A DNA stretch of 64,000 bases from an uncultured Planctomycetaceae bacterium (GTDB lineage: Bacteria > Planctomycetota > Planctomycetia > Pirellulales > PALSA-1355): NCBI GenBank assembly GCA_963785305.1, contig CAWAUV010000008.1:640001-704000 (forward strand), written 5' to 3'. The notes under the pieces were generated by a model. That model saw only the letters and a program-made list of their open reading frames with translations, ran no database searches and had not been told where the DNA came from. Numbering within the stretch: the first letter of the stretch is position 1; each line of letters starts with the position of its first letter. A program made the translations under genes and the position numbers. Below, piece after piece: positions 59,906-64,000 of this stretch.

Positions 59906-60916
59906 TCACAACGAGCCGTTCGCCAAGCGCTCGAGCCGCGCGAGAATTTCATCGAGACGGGTTTCGATCGCCGTCCGATCGTCGAACTGTCGTCGGTCGA
60001 GGTAGATCCAACCGAGCCATTCCAAGCCGCCGAGCAGCACGGCGCTTGTGTCGAAGACCTTCATAAGGCGCCGTTCCGCGGAACCGAGCGGTCGCATCGA
60101 CTCGTAGGCCGCGAGGCCGGCTTCCCAAGCCGCGGCGTCGTCGCCCGCCAGACTGCCCAGCAATCGGGCCAAGTCGGCCGCGACACACTCGGGCTTCATC
60201 GCTCCGAAATCGATGAAGCCCGTCACCGCGTCGCCCTCGAAGAGCACATGCTCATGCCAGATGTCGCGAATCACCGGCTGCATCGGCGCGGCGATGCGAA
60301 TGGCTTCGGCCAGCGAGCGTTCAACGGACTTCGCCCCTGACCAGAATAATCGCAGCAACCGCCTGGCGCGACTCCTGAGCGCGGGCCAATCGCGATCGGC
60401 GTCGACCGCCGTGCGCAGCGTTTCGCAGCCGCCCTGCTGGAGCCAAGCCACGCGGCGGGCGCGATCGGCCAAAGTGGGCGAACAAGCCGTATGCGTTTGG
60501 GGATGGACAAACGTGGCCGCCGCCAAATGAAAACCGGCGAGCGTGGCCAGCGCGGCTTGCAGGCGTGCCCGACTCGGCGCCGCGCGAAAATCGGCTCGAC
60601 CCGGCAGCCAAGGCGTAAGTTCCCAGAACCGGCCCCCTTCGAGCACGAAGCCGAGGTCGTCGCGGGTTTTAAGCGGCGCCGGCACCCGGCAGAATCCAAC
60701 CCGACTCACATGCCACAAGACACTTTGAATGTATTCGAGCCGCTCGCGCGTCGGATGTTCGGCGGGCCAGCGGCGGAGGCAAATCGGGCCAGCCGCGGTC
60801 TCGATCCGCCAAATTCGCGCCCCGCTAAATCCGCCCGCAATCGAATCGATTCGGCGGGGCGGTCCCCAACCGGGATACTCGGCGAGCACTTTGCTCAGAG
60901 TGGCGTCGTGTTCCAT
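59906..60916 (-). CDS. Aminoglycoside phosphotransferase / type II homoserine kinase-like protein
   Basis: GGFSGA.IW, WELTPWLPG, LA.FH, RDIWHEHVLF, FIDFG, DLARL. Confidence 0.8.
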   Translation of the reverse strand: MEHDATLSKVLAEYPGWGPPRRIDSIAGGFSGARIWRIETAAGPICLRRWPAEHPTRERLEYIQSVLWHVSRVGFCRVPAPLKTRDDLGFVLEGGRFWELTPWLPGRADFRAAPSRARLQAALATLAGFHLAAATFVHPQTHTACSPTLADRARRVAWLQQGGCETLRTAVDADRDWPALRSRARRLLRLFWSGAKSVERSLAEAIRIAAPMQPVIRDIWHEHVLFEGDAVTGFIDFGAMKPECVAADLARLLGSLAGDDAAAWEAGLAAYESMRPLGSAERRLMKVFDTSAVLLGGLEWLGWIYLDRRQFDDRTAIETRLDEILARLERLANGSL

Positions 60917-61281
60917 GCGCCCAATTGTCGAGCCAATGGCCAGGGATTGCAAACACGGTCCGAAATCGTGAACCCTCGATACCCCATCGCGAGGGGGGTG
61001 GCATGCGCGGGTGACCACGATTTTCCGGGATAAGCCGCCTCATTCATGAGGCCGAACTACCGCGAAACCAAGTGGCTCGAGCGATCTTTCGCCGTTTTAT
61101 CGTCGTGCCGGACCGCACAAACCGGCGGTTCCGTGCGTACCAAAAAAAATAGGTCTAACGGTAACAAGCTTCGCGTTCGCGATAAGATAGGCTATATTTT
61201 CTAGATGCGCCTCAAGCTATGCGGCATCTTCGTGTCGCGAGGGCGTCGTGCTTCTTTCCGCTCCATTTCTCGAGGGTTCGT

Positions 61282-64000
61282 ATGAAATCGTCGAATCGGC
61301 GTTTGGCGGCCTTGGTCGCCGCGGGGATTCTCACCGCGCAATTGGCTTGGCCGAATGCGCGCCTGGCGAAGGCGGACGACTCGTCCGTCTCCGAGGGCGA
61401 TAAACCGGCGACCTCGGGTCCGGCCGCGCCCGCCGCGGGGAGTTCGGCGGCCACGGCGCCCGCCACGGTTGCGGCCGGATCGTCGAGCGCGACGGTGGTT
61501 TCCGGCGAACGGGCCACGACCGCGGCTCCGACGCCGAAATATCCCTCCTACGCCGACACGCTCAAGGACTCGCAAGAAGTCAACGGCCTCATCAAGCTGC
61601 ATCGCAAGGGCAACCATCTCTACGCCGAGATGCCGAGCAGCCAAATGGATCGCGATTTTATCGTGTTGATCTCGATCGCTCGCGGCATCGGGAAGGGACA
61701 AATCCTGGGCGGCATGAGCTGGGGTTTTGGCGACGACTGGATTTGGCAGTTCCGCAAGGTCGACGAGCGAATTCAAATCGTGCGCCGCAATGTGCGGTTC
61801 ACCGCCCAGCACGGCAGCCCCGAGGAAAAAGCGGTGTCGATGGCCTACACCGACAGCGTGCTCTTTAGTCTTCCGATCGTGACCACGAGCTCGAGCGGGG
61901 CCTATGTCTTCGAGCTCACGCCGGTGTTCATGAGCGATCTGCCTCAGATTTCGTCGACCCTGCCCGGCTTCAGTTTCTCGGAAAACAAATCGAGTTGGGC
62001 CTCGGTCAAGGCGTTTAAGGACAACGACGAACTCGAAGTCGCGGCGACCTACGCCTCGAGCGGCACGGAGGATTTCGACTCCGTGGCCGACAGTCGCGGC
62101 GCCACGATCAATGTCCACTATTCGATCAGCCTGTTGCCGCAGACCGGCTACCAGCCGCGCCTGGCCGACGACCGCGTGGGCTACTTTCTCACGGCGGTGA
62201 AAGACTACTCGCGCAAGGGGCAAGACGACCGGTTCGTGCGGTACATCAATCGTTGGGATCTGAAAAAAGCCGATCCCTCGGCCGAAATGTCGCCGCCCGC
62301 GAAGCCGATTATCTTCTGGCTCGAGAAAACGATTCCCTATGCCTATCGCAAGCCGATTCGCGACGGGATTCTCGAATGGAACAAAGCCTTCGAGAAGGCC
62401 GGCTTCGTCAATGCGATCGAAGTTCGCCAGCAGCCCGACAACGCCGACTGGGATCCGGAAGACATCAACTACAACACGTTCCGCTGGATCACCTCGACGC
62501 CGGCTTCGCCATGGGGCCCTCGCGCGTGAACCAAAACACCGGCCAGATTCTCGACGCCGACATTATCTTCGACGCCGACTTCCTCCAGTTTTGGAAAGAA
62601 GAGTACGAGCTCTTCACTCCGGCCGGCATTGCCGAAATGACCGGCGGCCCGCTCGATCTGAAGAGCTATCAAGAAGAAATGAAGCATGCCCACAACCATC
62701 TCATGGCCCACGGCATGGGCTGCCAACTCAGCCACGGCATGTCGCGCGAGTTCGCCCTGGGCGCGTCGGTATTCGCGGCCCGCTCGAGCAGCCCGGCCGA
62801 TAAGGAAAAGCTGATCCAGCAGGGGCTCAAGGAAGTCACGATGCACGAGCTCGGCCACACGCTCGGCCTGCGGCACAATTTCAAAGCCAGTTCGATGCTC
62901 ACGTTCGACGAGATCAATGATGTGACCAAGACCCGGGACGTGGGCCTGACCGCGAGTGTGATGGACTATGCCCCCGCGAACCTGATGCCCAAGGGCGTGA
63001 ACCAGGGTGATTACTTCTCGACGACGATCGGCCCCTACGACATTTGGGCCATCGAATACGGCTACAAGCCGTTCTCCGGCGGAACCGAAGGCGAGACCGC
63101 TGAGCTCAAGAAGATCGCCGCCCGCTCGAGCGAGCCGGCGCTGGCCTTCTCCACCGATGAAGACACGCGCGGCATCGATCCCGATCCGCTCTCGAACCGC
63201 TTCGACCTGGGCAAGGACCCCGTGGCCTATGCGAAGCTGCGAGCGCAGCTCATCGGCGAGCTGTGGCCCACGGTGACAAACGATGTGATCAAGGACGGCG
63301 AAGGCTATGAGCGAGCCCGCAAGGCGTTTGGGGTGTTGCTCTCGAATCACGGACAGGCGATGTATTTCGCCTCGCGCTTTGTCGGCGGCCTGTACATGAG
63401 CCGCAATCACAAGGGGGATCCGAATTTCAAGGCGCCGTTCGCGGTGGTCGAAGTGGCGAAGCAGCGCGAGGCGCTGTCGGTGCTTGAAGACCAGATTTTC
63501 AGCGACAAGCCGTTTCACTTCCCGCCCGATCTCTACAACCACTTGGCCTCGTCGCGCTGGAGCCATTGGGGCACGAACCCGCCGCTGCGGGCCGATCTGG
63601 CGGTGCATGATGTGATCGCTCAGTGGCAGGAGCGCATTCTCACGCAGTTGCTCTCGTCGCTCACGCTCGAGCGATTGCACGACTCGGAACTGCGGCTGCC
63701 GTCGGATCAAGACGCGCTGACCACGGCCGAACTGATCGAGCGGCTCACCAAGACGATCTTCGCCGAAGCCGACAATCTGCCGGCCGGCGAATACACGAAC
63801 CGCAAGCCAGCGGTAAGCAGCATGCGGCGCAACTTGCAGCGGCTGTATTTGAAGCGACTTTCGCATCTGGCCCTGGGCGAAACGAGCGCTCCCCACGATT
63901 GCCAAACGATCGCCTTCGCGGAACTGTCGGCCTTGGACGGGAGAATCGGGAAGACGCTGCAAAACGGCGTGAAGCTCGACTCGTATTCCAAAGCCCATTT
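61282..64000 (+). CDS. Secreted zinc-dependent metalloprotease (DUF5117/DUF4953, EcxA-like); apparent frameshift near 62497; runs off the window
   Basis: PRLADDRVGYF, INRW.L, EWNKAFEKAGF; after the shift HELGHTLGLRHNF, SVMDY and GPYD.WAIEYGY. Confidence 0.9.

Overview
High-GC bacterial DNA with a Planctomycetota (Pirellulales-like) gene repertoire: DUF1559 prepilin-like protein, DUF1549/DUF1553 cytochrome, DUF1501, PEP-CTERM. At least 14 otherwise intact genes are split by single-base indels, including the essential atpC and often at short G/C runs. This points to uncorrected assembly error rather than real pseudogenes. Contents in order: HtrA protease (3' part); NPP/alkaline phosphatase; a 3-copy CRISPR-like mini-repeat; two tandem membrane-associated GTPases; a DUF1559 / giant PEP-CTERM beta-repeat / PSD1 cytochrome / DUF1501 / sulfatase cluster; a HEAT-vWA protein; a small TIR-bounded element; an RND efflux pair followed by a 'kinase-less' Ser/Thr-kinase-like TPR protein; HD dNTPase + nucleoside deoxyribosyltransferase-like gene + larE; a 6S RNA; UvrB/C-motif and DUF4912 proteins; a complete F1Fo ATP synthase operon; a second HD protein + purB; rsmE; an ExeA-like ATPase; a decayed Rhs island (internally deleted IS4, orphan toxin tip with a nonsense codon, putative immunity gene, YD-repeat fragment); acyl-CoA dehydrogenase and ligase; sugar epimerase; APH-like kinase; and a zinc metalloprotease running off the end. 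The most interesting items are the kinase-replaced TPR protein, the orphan Rhs toxin/immunity pair, the CRISPR-like mini-array and the HD/NDT pair. All family calls come from motif recognition, not database searches.
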